Shown here: piece by piece, positions 25,853 through 38,715 of the stretch
Layout: each line of letters opens with the position of its first letter
How positions within the stretch are numbered: position 1 is the stretch's first letter
Assembly (NCBI GenBank): GCA_964057225.1
Contig: OZ059895.1
Coordinates: 7,812,001 to 7,876,000 of the forward strand
Reading direction: 5' to 3'
DNA: 64,000 bases
From: Auanema rhodensis
Lineage: Eukaryota; Animalia; Nematoda
Translations under genes and position numbers: made by a program
The notes under the pieces: model-generated
The model's input: the letters and a program-made list of their open reading frames with translations, nothing else
What the model was told of the DNA's origin: nothing
Databases searched by the model: none

Positions 25853-28800
25853 TTCTATTGCAACTCTATAGAACAGCATGAGGTTTACCCTTTAAGCCTT
25901 TTCTATTCAAAATGTTTAATTTTATCCAAATATTCCTCAGAGTACTCTTTGTTTTTCATTTTTTATGTTTGAAGTTAAGCCCAAATTGCTCTTTTCTGCT
26001 TTTAGCTGTTGATACATATTCTTTGTTTTCTCTTTTTTTTTAATTTCCTAGTAGCTCGTTAGCAATTGTTAACTACGTTATATTATATTTTTCTGGCCAA
26101 TATTATGTAATTTTTTAAACATTTTACTTTTTTTTAAGAACATTTAGTCATGATCTTGCGTTTAGTTCAGCTGCTAACGTTTATATTTGAATATAGCCCG
26201 CATGTTCGTCACGTGAATACGAAGTGAGCAATTACACTTTTATTTGGTTGGCATGTGAATGGCGCTGCATTTGTCTATATATTCGCTATAATCTTTTTTA
26301 ATATTATTATTATTATTATTATTATTATTAGTGTTAACATAATGATGAACTTTGAAGCATATCTTATTACCATTTATATTTACAAAAAGAACTCTAAATG
26401 TTTCTATTGTTTTCTTAACATTTCTGGAATTAAGAAGGTTCTCGGGCATCTCCAATTACTAACTATTGATCGTCAACAGCTTGATGCTGTCTCAAAAAAT
26501 TGTTTCGAAAAGAATTGAATTGAGTTTGTTTATTCATTTCTTTGTACATTTGTAAAACTAGTATGGTTAGCACGGATTTAGTACATCTCATTTCAATTCT
26601 ACTATTAAACAACTTACAAACTTTATTTCTTTCTTTCAACTTTGTATATTATTTCAATCTCTATTTTTTTCATGTATTGATTGTGCATCGTCTCATTTTC
26701 TATCTAACCATCTATTTTCGGTTTCGCCTAAAAAAAATTATTTTAAGGCAAGAATTCTGCAAAAATATCAATTTAAAAGTCACATACTTTGCCATGAAAA
26801 TCTTTTCAACCTTCGTGCTTTCCTCATTTCAGCCTTCCTCTCTGTTGACGTAAATAATAATCATTTCTCTGCCCACGCCAATATTTTTTATGAGAATCTA
26901 AATTAAGATCATTGGGCATGTTGGAAATTCATTGACTTTGCTTCTTGTTTCGTATTGTGATCAATCTATAAATACTTTTAAATTTTTTTTATCATGACAG
27001 GCTAACATCTTGTTCTCATTTCAGTGAAAGTTAATCCCCCACAGCCTCCAAAATCTGTTCGTGTATCCGCTCTCTATTTTGCTCTTTTTCATATATCCTT
27101 GTGTTCTTTGTCTATGCACATGCTGTTCACATGAATGCCACAAAGCTTTTCGTCTAGCTCATGTGAACGGCACATGAGCTACTAGTCAAGTCCAATAACA
27201 CGACAGCAGCCCTCTTCTATTCAATTTTGTCTCAGAACTAGATATGTTCTAGCTGCAAACAAGAGCATTTAGCTCAGCTGTTTTTTCGACATGTTATGTA
27301 TCAAATTATCGATTATCTGTTTTGAAAAATCACCATGTGTTTCATATTTACCTATATTTAAAATCATAATCGTCAATCTCAAAAATTGGTATATTATATT
27401 TAATATCATTTTGTAGTTATACATTAATATTGGAAAAATGGAAAAGCTGTGTGCAACAATTTCTTTTGAAATTTCTCAATCCATTTTACAGGGCGATTTG
27501 CAAGCATGTACATGTCATTGAAACATCTGAATCATCAAAAAAGAGCTGAAACGTCTCCTTTTTTTTTCATTTTTTCAAATTAATGTCGTCATTTCAAATA
27601 TGGAGGTGTGCAAATAGTCTTCTTCAGTTTTAATTTCTTTGTGAAATATTTATTTGAGCAGCTTTATTCTATAATCATTGTGGTATTATTAATCAGTAGT
27701 ATTTCATATTTAAAAGTATATACCATATATATATATAGATATCTTATATAATACACTGTTTCTTCGTCAATACTCAGATTAAAAGGAGAATTTAAAATAG
27801 AATAATTCTTGAAATACTTAGAAGTTTAATACTAAGAAGAAAGCTATTTTCTTTTGATTTTTGTTTTCCATGGGATGTAATTGCTAGTTTTACTCCAGCA
27901 AAGTTCATGTTAGTATTAATCATATCAATTGGCTTCTGATCAACTAGACATATGTCTGGAAGGCTAAAGAGCGGAGAGGAAAGTCCTTTACACACAACTG
28001 TCTCTCTAAGCTTGTAAAAGTTTGAGACAGCATTCACGTGTTATTCATAAGCTATGCATTTTAGAAATCGGATCTCTAATAGACAGAAAGATGAAGAAGA
28101 AGAGTCGAACGATATAATGATGACGGTCGACTGATCATTCTTCAGGAGAAAAAATGAGAGAAGAGATGGAGAGCCAAGAAAAAGAGAGAAAAGGAAATTT
28201 TTAAGTTCAAATGATCAACTTTTCTAAACCTCCCACCTATTCTCTTATGTCTTTCTCTCCCTCTCTTTTACCTCTTGTTAATTTCTCTCTCTCTACCTCT
28301 CTTTCCCTTTTTTTGTCTTTCTCATTACATTTATCTATCGGTTTTCTCCTTTAAGAACAAATACAAAACCTCTTTCGATTCGTTGGTGTTCCTTGCCGGA
28401 AAGCAAAAGACTAAGCTTTTATGCCGGAGCTAGTGATCAAAAAACGCAAATGCATCATGGCGAAGAGGAGAATTGAAAGGCAAAGAATAGACAAGGTTAA
28501 AAGTAAGAGATTAGAGTTTGAGGGTGTAGAGACAACGAGAGATAGATTGTGAGATTGAGAACTAATGAAGATAAAATGGTATTTTCAAGTGTTTGACAAG
28601 TCTCATTCTTCTCGTAAGCTTTTTAGAAGTCGTGGTAAGCTTGACCTATTCTCCGATCAACCTAAACACACAAACTTTTCTCTTTTTTGATAAATAACTC
28701 ACGATCAAATTAGTCAATTCATGCAATCGAACTGAATAAGAGAATAAGATAATGAAAAGAATTTTGTTTTTTCTTTTCTTTTCTGCTCCCCCACCCTTCC

Positions 28801-30013
28801 TCTCTTTCTCCCCATCTCTCACCTTTAAACAAGACTATTATTCTCTTTTACTATGAACTTCAAAACTTTTATTTCCAATTCTCTTCTCATCGTTGATGAG
28901 GAGAACTGATGTTTGAAAATAATTTTTGAAGAACTATTTGGAACTTGATTATAGCAACGGAAAAGGCGATTAATTTTTCTTGGAAATTAAAACAAAAAAA
29001 GTGTCCAAATGAAAATGTATTTTATCAAAATTGACTAGTTTCAAATACTTTATCTATTACATTTTCTTTTAATCCAAAAAAGTGAAATTAAATGGAAAAC
29101 TTATGGGTTTCATCCATATAAACGGATATTTTCCTTTAAAATACGAACGTCCCTGAACTTATTTTGTAATTTGATATCAAATTCAGCCGTCACGTATAGT
29201 ATTCTCATAGGCTTTTTGAATATTTTTGAACTATTCTTTCTAAATATTGTAAAATAGATGGCTTCATAAATCTACAAGTTGTGTAGAAAAACACGTTAGG
29301 AAGATTCGTCTGGATTCCTATTAGACGACAACAATTGTGATATTCTTTTTGGAAGTTTGTGACTCGTTGTCATTTGAATGTTGACCAATTACACATTCGT
29401 TTGAACTTTGATATATCTTAAGATCAGATCAGATTGTTTGAAATTGCTTCTTTCCCAGAGATCTTTGCCCTCATATGTTGCAAGCTGATTGTATTAAATA
29501 ACATGGTGGAAATATTTAATAGAAAACAGAATATAATAATATTATTTCTTAAGGTTTTCTTAATATTAGAAGTTTCCGGAATTTGATAATGATAATGCTT
29601 CTTTCTTCACAGCTAATTCATGTAATTTTCACATGTCATATGTCGAATTTATTCGTTGATCAGTATTAGCTTCAACTTGTCATTCACTTAGTCGGTGTTA
29701 TGATGAACTTATCATATTTATCCAATGATAGAGGCTTAAATCACATACACACATATGACTGTAGGAGAGATCTTTATTTCAAAACTTACTGTAGTCATAT
29801 GAGCGGATTGTTTGACAAAAAAAAGAAACAATACTGTAAAAACATTGTTACCTTGGGACCGGCTGTTTCTCTCTGTTTCTCCTATTTAGCTCTCAACTTG
29901 CCTCTCTCTTTTCCTGTTTATGGACTCCTGGTGACAGTGATGGGGGGAAGGAATGAAAGGGTTTTTGCGTACACATATACACTCTACACATGTGTGTTCT
30001 GTCGTACTTTCTG

Positions 30014-30107
30014 CCTCCCTCTCTCTCCATCCCTCCCTCCCTCCCCCTCTCTCTCTTTCTCTCTCTCTCCCTCTCTCTCTCTCCTTTTCCTCTCTATATT
30101 TCTCTCT
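30014..30107. repeat. CT-rich/(CT)n polypyrimidine microsatellite
   Basis: Direct reading; source of several spurious ORFs. Confidence 0.9.
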
Positions 30108-33100
30108 TTTTTTCAACTTTTTTCTGTTATCAATCAGATGTATATTTCGTCTTCTTCCATTCCTTCTGTCTCACTTTTAATCTTTTTTCCCTTTTCTGTT
30201 CATTCATTCTCGTCTTTCAACACGTGACCAAGCCCCCTATTATGTTGCCATTTCGCGTACAAATTTTATCGTCACAAAGCGTGGTTTTTCGTTCAAGTTT
30301 GATCACCCACTACGGAATCTCCCTTGTTCTCTCGGTCTATCATCCAACTCGTCTTCCATATGATTTTCATGAAAAAAACACCATTTTGAATGAGATCATG
30401 TGTAGACTCATCCATAAAACGACAAAAGACAAATAAAAAAGGAAGAAATTGAACTTTTTCTGTCCAAATCTTCATCGTCTTTTAGTAATAGTATGTAGTA
30501 TGAGATATTCAGATGTATGGTCAATGATCAGCTAAATCTTTCAATCGCCCTTTTGTTTTTTCCTAAATGGAAAGAAGTTTTTAGTATCAAATGAATACCC
30601 TATGATCTTATAACACTATCTATTTATTAATTTATATCTTTATATACAAATAATTAATGAATTCATATCATACCTCTACATTAGAAGTCAGTAAAAAGAT
30701 TTCAGACAACTGTTTTAGCTTATATGTAGAATATGCATTGAAAGTCATTCATTTTGGCTGTGTGACGTCAAAGATGCCAAAGAGATACAACTTCGTTATT
30801 AGTCCTTGAATATTATATTTGGTTAAACCTTTTATGCTGTAACATGCTCTCAGGTTGATAAAGTGTCTGAATAGCATTAAAAGTAGTCAAAGACTTTGCA
30901 AACGAAGAACAACACAAGAGTCAAACTGAATTTATAAAAGAATTTTTTTCCAAAATATTGTTGCATTGAAGAATAATCCCATATTTTCTTGAAAAAAAAT
31001 ACTTTTCCTGTTTTAAATTTTATTTTATTTTCGAAAAAAAAAGAAAGATAGGGGATAGAAACAGAGAATGACGCATAGAATAATAATCTAATCCAAATAC
31101 TCTGCCAAAATCAGCTGAGAAGATGTTTTTTTTTATTTTGAAATAGCATTGCAACATATGTATCTTATCTTAAATAACCAAAATAGATGCTAAATCGAAG
31201 AAAAACTAGAGATAAAAGCAAAGAAATAGATAGAAATACTGATTTTCATGCATGCCTAACTCAACTGCCTAAACAACAAACAATTGCCGACGACGAAACA
31301 ATCTTAAGGTTTACAGCTTTGAAAACTTTTTTTTTGAATACAAACAAAAACGTTTGCTAAGTTAGCTTTATATATTTCTTTGAGCTTTATGAGAGATAAA
31401 TCGATTGATGCCTTGTTGTTCTTTTTTGTCGCACAACGACAATCTCAACGCAGAGACTATATATCGTATTTGACTGAAAGCTCAATGCTCTTTCCTTTCT
31501 TCGCCACATACAATTTCTTTTATTTTCTTTATACATGTCGTGGTCTTCATCATCATCATATGCTTTTCACGTGAATAAGACGACACAACTGCTAAGCTCC
31601 GCCTTCAGCCGATGGAGGGGGGTGTCTCGTCATCGAATGCATCGAAGGACCCCCTTTCAACTAACCAGCAGCCCACAGCCAACACCAACGTTTAGCTGCC
31701 TCTGGCTTTTCTATCTTCTTCATCTACCAATAGTTCAGTTAACTAATAAAAATCTCGTTAAAATCATGTTTTTTAATCTGTTTCTCTGTAATCTGCCAAC
31801 ATTAACATGATGTTTGTCCTGTTTTCCTTGTTTGAAGTTTTGATTTTTTGATTTTTTTATTCTAAAAAAGTAAATGCAAAAGCAGGAGAACAAAAAAAAT
31901 GTCTAAACATGCAGCTCCAAAGATAAGTTTATCAGTCAATTGACAATGTGATAGATAGAAAAGATATTTTTGGGAGCAATGTGACACCTTCTTATCAAGT
32001 AAACAAGCTTCTTCTTCTTCTTTCATGTTTCTTGTTATGTATTCAACTTTTGTTGTTGTTTTTATTTGAGAAAAAAAGAATCTTTTTTTCGTTTTCTTCA
32101 AAAAAAAAGTATTTTATATGTTCATTTGATATGTTTATTTATTCTTTTGTTTGTTGACTATAACGATGATGAATGAAGATGGCAAAGAGGATAGCAAAAG
32201 TGATGAGAGGGGAGGGGTAATGCTAATGGTAGTTGTACAACTATTGATGATGATGATGGCATATTCAGATGTCGTGTGTTTTTTCTTGTTTTCTAGAGGA
32301 CATATAATCATTTACGTCAATGATGATCACTAGAACACACACGACACATGATAATGAGAACGCTGTGTGAACTGTAATCATTCCAAGATTTTTGCGATAA
32401 TCTCGTAGTTAACGAATTACTTGTTTTCCGTTTTCTTCTCCAGAAACATCACTCAAATAAATAAAATAAATTTTAATCATTTGCTATATACATTGTTTTA
32501 TCTTTCATATTCTCTTGTCATTGTTCTTTTAGTCGTTGTGTTTTTTTCATTTTTGATTTTTTATAAGCTTTAAACCATTTTTTATATAATATAGTATATA
32601 ATATTATATATATGTGTTATAATATCTTTTAAATGAATTATTCATTTTTTTATTTATTTAAGTTCAAAAAAAATATTTATTCTCTTTAACTATATGTAAT
32701 AGTATAGCAGAAGTTTCCAATGTTTAATACATATACATAACATCTCATATAGATTTATTTTTTTTTATCTTTATGTTAATACTTCTTTTTTTCTTTTGTT
32801 TTCTATTTCTAAAATCCAGTTTTCTCTATATTTCACCCAAATTATGTATAAATAGTGAGCATCCAGGCAGTATTTTTGAGATATTTCCATTCTTTCATCG
32901 AGCCAGCCATATTCATCTTATTTTCAAGATTTCTGCAAGATTCATCTATTAAAAATTAAACGAAACATCTTTCTCTTTTTCTCTTTTTTTTTCTTTCTTT
33001 CTCTATCATTCATAAATTCTTTCCTCCTTCTTCAGATATTAGAAATTTAGAAGATATAGAGAGCAAAATGAGAGATGTATTTAGAATTTTCATTCTGAAA

Positions 33101-34301
33101 GATATCGAGATTTACCTATAAGCCGGGTTTTCTCTAAATTATTTGAAATGATCGAACAAAATACATATTGGTGACCATTAGTTATCTAGTAGATCAAACT
33201 GATTACATAGATATTCTTCGTTTATTCTTTTGATATTCTTATCAAATTTATCATTTCATCACGTGTCTATCTTCATATATAAAGGTCACATTGTTCTTAA
33301 TTTGGAGATTAAAATTTAAAAAAAAAAATGCTGGTTCAGCAGCTTTTTGATTTTTGTTCTCGATCGCTTGTATTGCAGTATATTCCCCCCAACAGTCTTC
33401 TGTGAAGGCCGCAGCTCTGGCGTCGCATTTTTTGAGAGAAAATATAGTATCAATCGTTTTATTCTAATAATGTACTGAATTTGTCTTTGTCTTCAGTTTT
33501 TTTTCTTCGTCTTCATCATTTTGAACTTCTACTACTTTCCTCTAACGAAGAGGCGTCTGAATGCATTTAACTTCTTATCGAAATACGTCACGTCAATCAG
33601 TCTCTTGTTACTGTTGTTTTCGTTTGACATTCCATACACACACACACACATACATACACACATATATACACCGCATACCATCTAATTATATACATATTTA
33701 TTATTATTCTTATACTTTTACTCATTTTTCAAATTTCTTCTCATCACGAGAAAGTATAAAAAATAAGTTTTTACTCTGCAATGTGATCATGAAGATCATC
33801 TCTTTTGTTCTTATTCAATCCAATACCACATGCTCTTCCTCACTTTTTTTCCTGGTTCAAATAATAAAAAAAAAGGCGAAAAAAGCGTAAATTCAACTAT
33901 TTCATGTGGAAATATTCAGTTATTTTATCTTTTTTTCGATTGTTTTTCACATTAACAATACATACATAATATGTATATGTATATAATGAAGTACAGGTGC
34001 ACCAAAGTTTAAAGGAAAACGACAATGTTTTTCCTTATTCTTCTATTTAAGCTCTATAATAATATTTATTTTCAAATGATCATCTTTGATTTAACATCAG
34101 TGAAGTTTGAAATTTGAAAATTAAATTTCGTGTCACAATCTCATTTCTCATGTATATACACATATATCTAGCCAGCTGCTATTGCAATGAAGAAAATGCA
34201 AAAAAAAAAGAAGAAATGATTTTGATCTCTTTCAGTTCAATTCTTATTCAAAATCAACAGTCATTTGAAAGATTTTCTTCTTACTGTGCTTATTTATCTC
34301 T

Positions 34302-34304
<3 letters not shown>

Positions 34305-34362
<58 letters not shown>
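34305..34362. repeat. (CT)n microsatellite
   Basis: Direct reading. Confidence 0.95.
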
Positions 34363-34365
<3 letters not shown>

Positions 34366-35539
34366 CTCTTTGCATCTTTCTGTTGCTTTCTCCCTTTTCC
34401 CTTCTTTCAAAACTATCCGGTTACAGTTGTTGCAGAAATAATTTTTGAAATTTATTAATGTCGTAACCTAAAATAGAAGTTTCTAATCACATTATATGTA
34501 TTTAAACGAAGGTCTGTTCTCACCAACTTAATGAAGTTTTCTATTTCATTTCTATATCTTTGAAATTAAATATATTTATATATTCATAATAAAACAATAA
34601 AATATTTGAAGATAATTTAAATATAAATGTTTTATATACATATGTATGTATGTATAGTTATGTATAGTTATGTATATACATGTACATCTATTACTTTAGT
34701 TTTTATAAAAAGGAAATATTTAAACAAAAGCTTCATATAACTGATAATACTAATAATATATAAAATATGTTTATAGTAGTTAAAATTTCTTATAAAGAGA
34801 AGCTGTAAAAATATTTTTGAGCTTTTCTTCAAAATAACACGAAATGAAAGTATGAAAGCTCTTATTCTTTTTACTTATTCTAATACTTCAGTGTGAGATT
34901 GAGAAAGATGAATGTCTTTCTGTTCCGGAAGTGATCAATGTTCTTCCTTTTTCAGTTTTGAATTCAAACTCTCTTCAAAACTCAGTTGTCACCTATAGTT
35001 TTTCTACTTCCATCATCATCTAATGCTTCATCTTTCGGTTTACTCTTCACCATTTTCTTCATATCCATTTCCTTGTCTAGATTTGCAAAAAAAAAGAAAA
35101 GAAAAAAACAAAAAACGTGGCTGTACATTTGCAAGCCTCATGATTCAGAAGTATATTAGATCTTTTGAATATCTTCAAAAATGTAAAAAATAAAGACATA
35201 AGAATAAGGATATGCGTTCACGTGATGCTGCCACTGTGTCTCATCAAGCAGCTGCTTTAGTCGTATGAGGTGCACTAAAAGTGAAATATGTGTCGTGAGT
35301 CCATGGTTCAAAGCCGTTTGGATGCATACGACTCACCGTCTACATATTTCTCGCTTAACTGCATACCAACTAGATTCTTCTTCATTTTAATTTTTTCCTT
35401 TTTCAAAATTTGTTGGAGCCTTGGTGTTATAATGGTTCCTTCACTGTATCTCTACTCATTGTAATCCAATTTCAGAATCTTACACGTCAATGCGATAAGA
35501 ACATAGATGTTCTTTCAGTTGATTAAGAATGCTAAAACG

Positions 35540-35573
35540 AAGAGTGAGATAGAGAAAGAGAGAGAGAGTGAGA

Positions 35574-35649
<76 letters not shown>
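35540..35649. repeat. (GA)n microsatellite
   Basis: Direct reading. Confidence 0.95.
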
Positions 35650-38600
35650 TGAAGTGGGTTGGGACATTGTAAGCATAAAGACAATAAAGAGCAACCATGC
35701 ATAACGCGTACATTCAGATAAATTAAAAAGGAAAAAATATGTGACATGCACGTGATCATGATGAGAGTACGTGAGCAAGCGAATGCTGTGCGTCAAAGTC
35801 ATGAGCCTTATCGTAGTGTTTATGAAAAGGCTCTATTTTCCGGAAGTGTTTCATATTTATTAATATGAAATGATAAGCATTAACTATTTTTCATTATAAA
35901 ATCTATATTATGTCTGTGAGTTAACCATTCATCCGTTATTTGTCAATTCCGGCTTCTGAAATGACGTGTATGTTTTCATGACTGTTCTTTCGTTCAATTC
36001 TCTTACCAATTTTTCACATTGTGCGTGAATTTCTCTCAAAGATATTGTACAGAAGTCAAAATATTTACAAGAAGCCGAATTGTTGTGTACAATGTTATAA
36101 CAAAGGTGGGACGACAACTCATGACACGAACCACCACATCGCTGATGTAGATCTAGAAATGTGGAGGAGGAAGAAGATAATCATGAGGACAATACAGGAT
36201 AAAGTACAAAGGACATCCTCAGGGAGGTTCTACATCTTCTAAGCTTTGGTTTCAAACCAAAATCATAACGTTGTTAGATTACTCAGATGATGTTGTTGAT
36301 TGCATCACCATCGTCGTCGTCGTCGGCCGCTTTATGTTTCGCCGCTATTTTCTCCGAAAATCAGCTTCTTTGTAACCAATGTTTGACAACTTTAGATTTC
36401 TTACAACAATTTGTTTATAATCTACTTGATATCTTCTGATCAAAGTTGTCGTTGTCGTCGTTGTCATCTGAATCTGACTGTGTTTCGATGTTCTTCAAGA
36501 TTTGAACATTCTCTATCTGATTGATCTCAATGGATTTTACGTTTGGAAAGTTGTATGCATCCTCTTTCTTCTATACTTTCTCAAATTATACCACCTCCTT
36601 CTTCTTTCTCTTTCTATTTCTCTCATTCCCTTTATATATTGGATATGTGATGCATTTCCAATGAGCTATTAGATGTCTTCCCGATTCAAAGGTCGCTTTA
36701 GCTGTCTGAACAGCTGCCCAGTCCTCTGATAACTTATGATACGGATATATCAGAGAACAAAAATCTTCTGAACAATACTATCTATCTAACTTCATGTGAA
36801 GCATTAGCTTCGAGCTCTCAGCCAACCTACCTCTTTTCTATAATAACGAACGTCCAAAACATTTCAAAATCTAAAGATTAACACTTGCTTGCTTCATCAT
36901 CTCTTCTCAACTCACTTTATTATCTATTCATGAAGTATTCATGTGATTTTCACGTTCTGCGCTTCATCTTGCCAACGATTATTGTCACAAACTTTGAACT
37001 TGAACACACATCCTATCTACTGAGATGACTAGTAAGACAGTTAGATCAGCAGTTTGATGGTGAAACCACGTGAATTCCGCTGCGTTCCTTCTCGCAACCC
37101 GATCGTTCTTACATTACTTCAACTTCCCGAACATGAAACCGTTTAGTTTGCTTCATTACTTTTCCTTTTTTCCATCATCTCAACCACAGAATCAGTTTTT
37201 TCGCTGATTTCATTATAAAGTTCTATTCCTCATGGATATATTTGATTTTGGTTATGAACATTGAAACACAAACTTAGCATCAACGACACTCGCTTAGCTT
37301 TACTTTTTCTGATTCATAATTCAATTTTACATTTTCATATTGCATGGAGACAAATTTAAAATCTAATGATTTTATGCACAAAAAAAAATGAAAATCATTC
37401 GACTGGCCAGTTCCAATTCCATTTTTGAAGAAAAAAAATCTTATCAAAAAGAATTTTTATTTCCCTATTTCTCGCGTTTTTTGTTCATCAACCACCTTAT
37501 CTCAATGGCTATTTCTCTATAAAAGCTATAAAATATTCTTTTTCTTTTGTTTTCTGAAAGCACTTTGTGAGGCGGACAGTTTATTAAACCAATTTAATAA
37601 ATTCAGTTGTCGTTTACCTCAGAGAACAACCTTTTTTCTTTACACATTTTCTTATAATTGACATATTTTTTGAACACGTTTTGACGTGACAATTCTTGTT
37701 TGCGCTGTTTTCATCTGCCACAATTTGACCTTCAACTTTTTTTTAATAAGACCATAGCATTATGATCTATCTGTCTGTATATATATATATATAAGTATAT
37801 ATAAGTTTTATAGTTTATAAACTATATGTGAAGTTCAAATTATTACTATGATTTCTTATTTTTTAAAAAAATATATTTCTTCCAGTAAAATGAGACAGAA
37901 TTTGAACTTTTAATCTCATGTTCTCTCTAATTACATCTAGATCTTCATATAATTATTTGATATTCGTAATCATCTAATAGCAACTCAATTCTCTGAATGT
38001 CATATCATTTCCATTTTCTAGTTTTTTGTTTTTACTTTTCTCTTTCAGCTGTGTCTTCTTTAGCTTTTCATCAGTTATACCTTATCTCATTTATCACATA
38101 GTAGTAGTATACTAACTTCTTATTATTATGCGTATAGTATAGTATATATATGAATATAAATAGATATTCATGTATATATATACTATATAGTATATCTGTG
38201 TACTTCAATCACAAGTAGTCAAACTGTTTCACTTCATTCATTAAACGTTTTCTCTTTTACATTGTCTTCATCAGGACTAAATTCATGTCAGGCGCTTCTC
38301 TTTCAAACCTCATTATCATCAGTCTTTTTTGCCATTTCCGATTTTTCTTTCAGTTATTCTCATGAGATATCTTGATGCAGCAAGCTTATGCTAGTATATC
38401 TTCCTCCTCCTCCTCATCTGCTCCTCACTGCTCTCCCAGTCTTTCTTCTCCTTCTTCACCGATATATGCTCTGTCTTCTCATTTTTATTTCCTACAATAA
38501 TTTTCAGATATTATGTTGAAATCATGCTATCATTATTGTTTTTATTACAATATTTGTCTGTTTTTCAAACATTTTTCATTTTTTAATGATTTTTTTCAAT

Positions 38601-38715
38601 ATATATTCTATTATATAAATAGAAAATATATTGAATCATATGAACTTTCTTTATTTTATTTTTCCTCTCTTAATATATAATTTTTATAAAATATTTCATT
38701 TATTTCAGATCCATT

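Noticed and set aside
27155-27186. Helitron 3' end (hairpin followed by CTAG-T)
   Set aside because: There is no spacer between hairpin and CTAG, no second copy and no Rep/helicase remnant; kept only as a regulatory palindrome.
5503-35802. ORF-track entries rich in SLSL/ERER (5503-5769, 15337-15585, 29700-30436, 34114-34458, 35480-35802)
   Set aside because: They are translations of (CT)n/(GA)n microsatellites with no splice-consistent gene structure.
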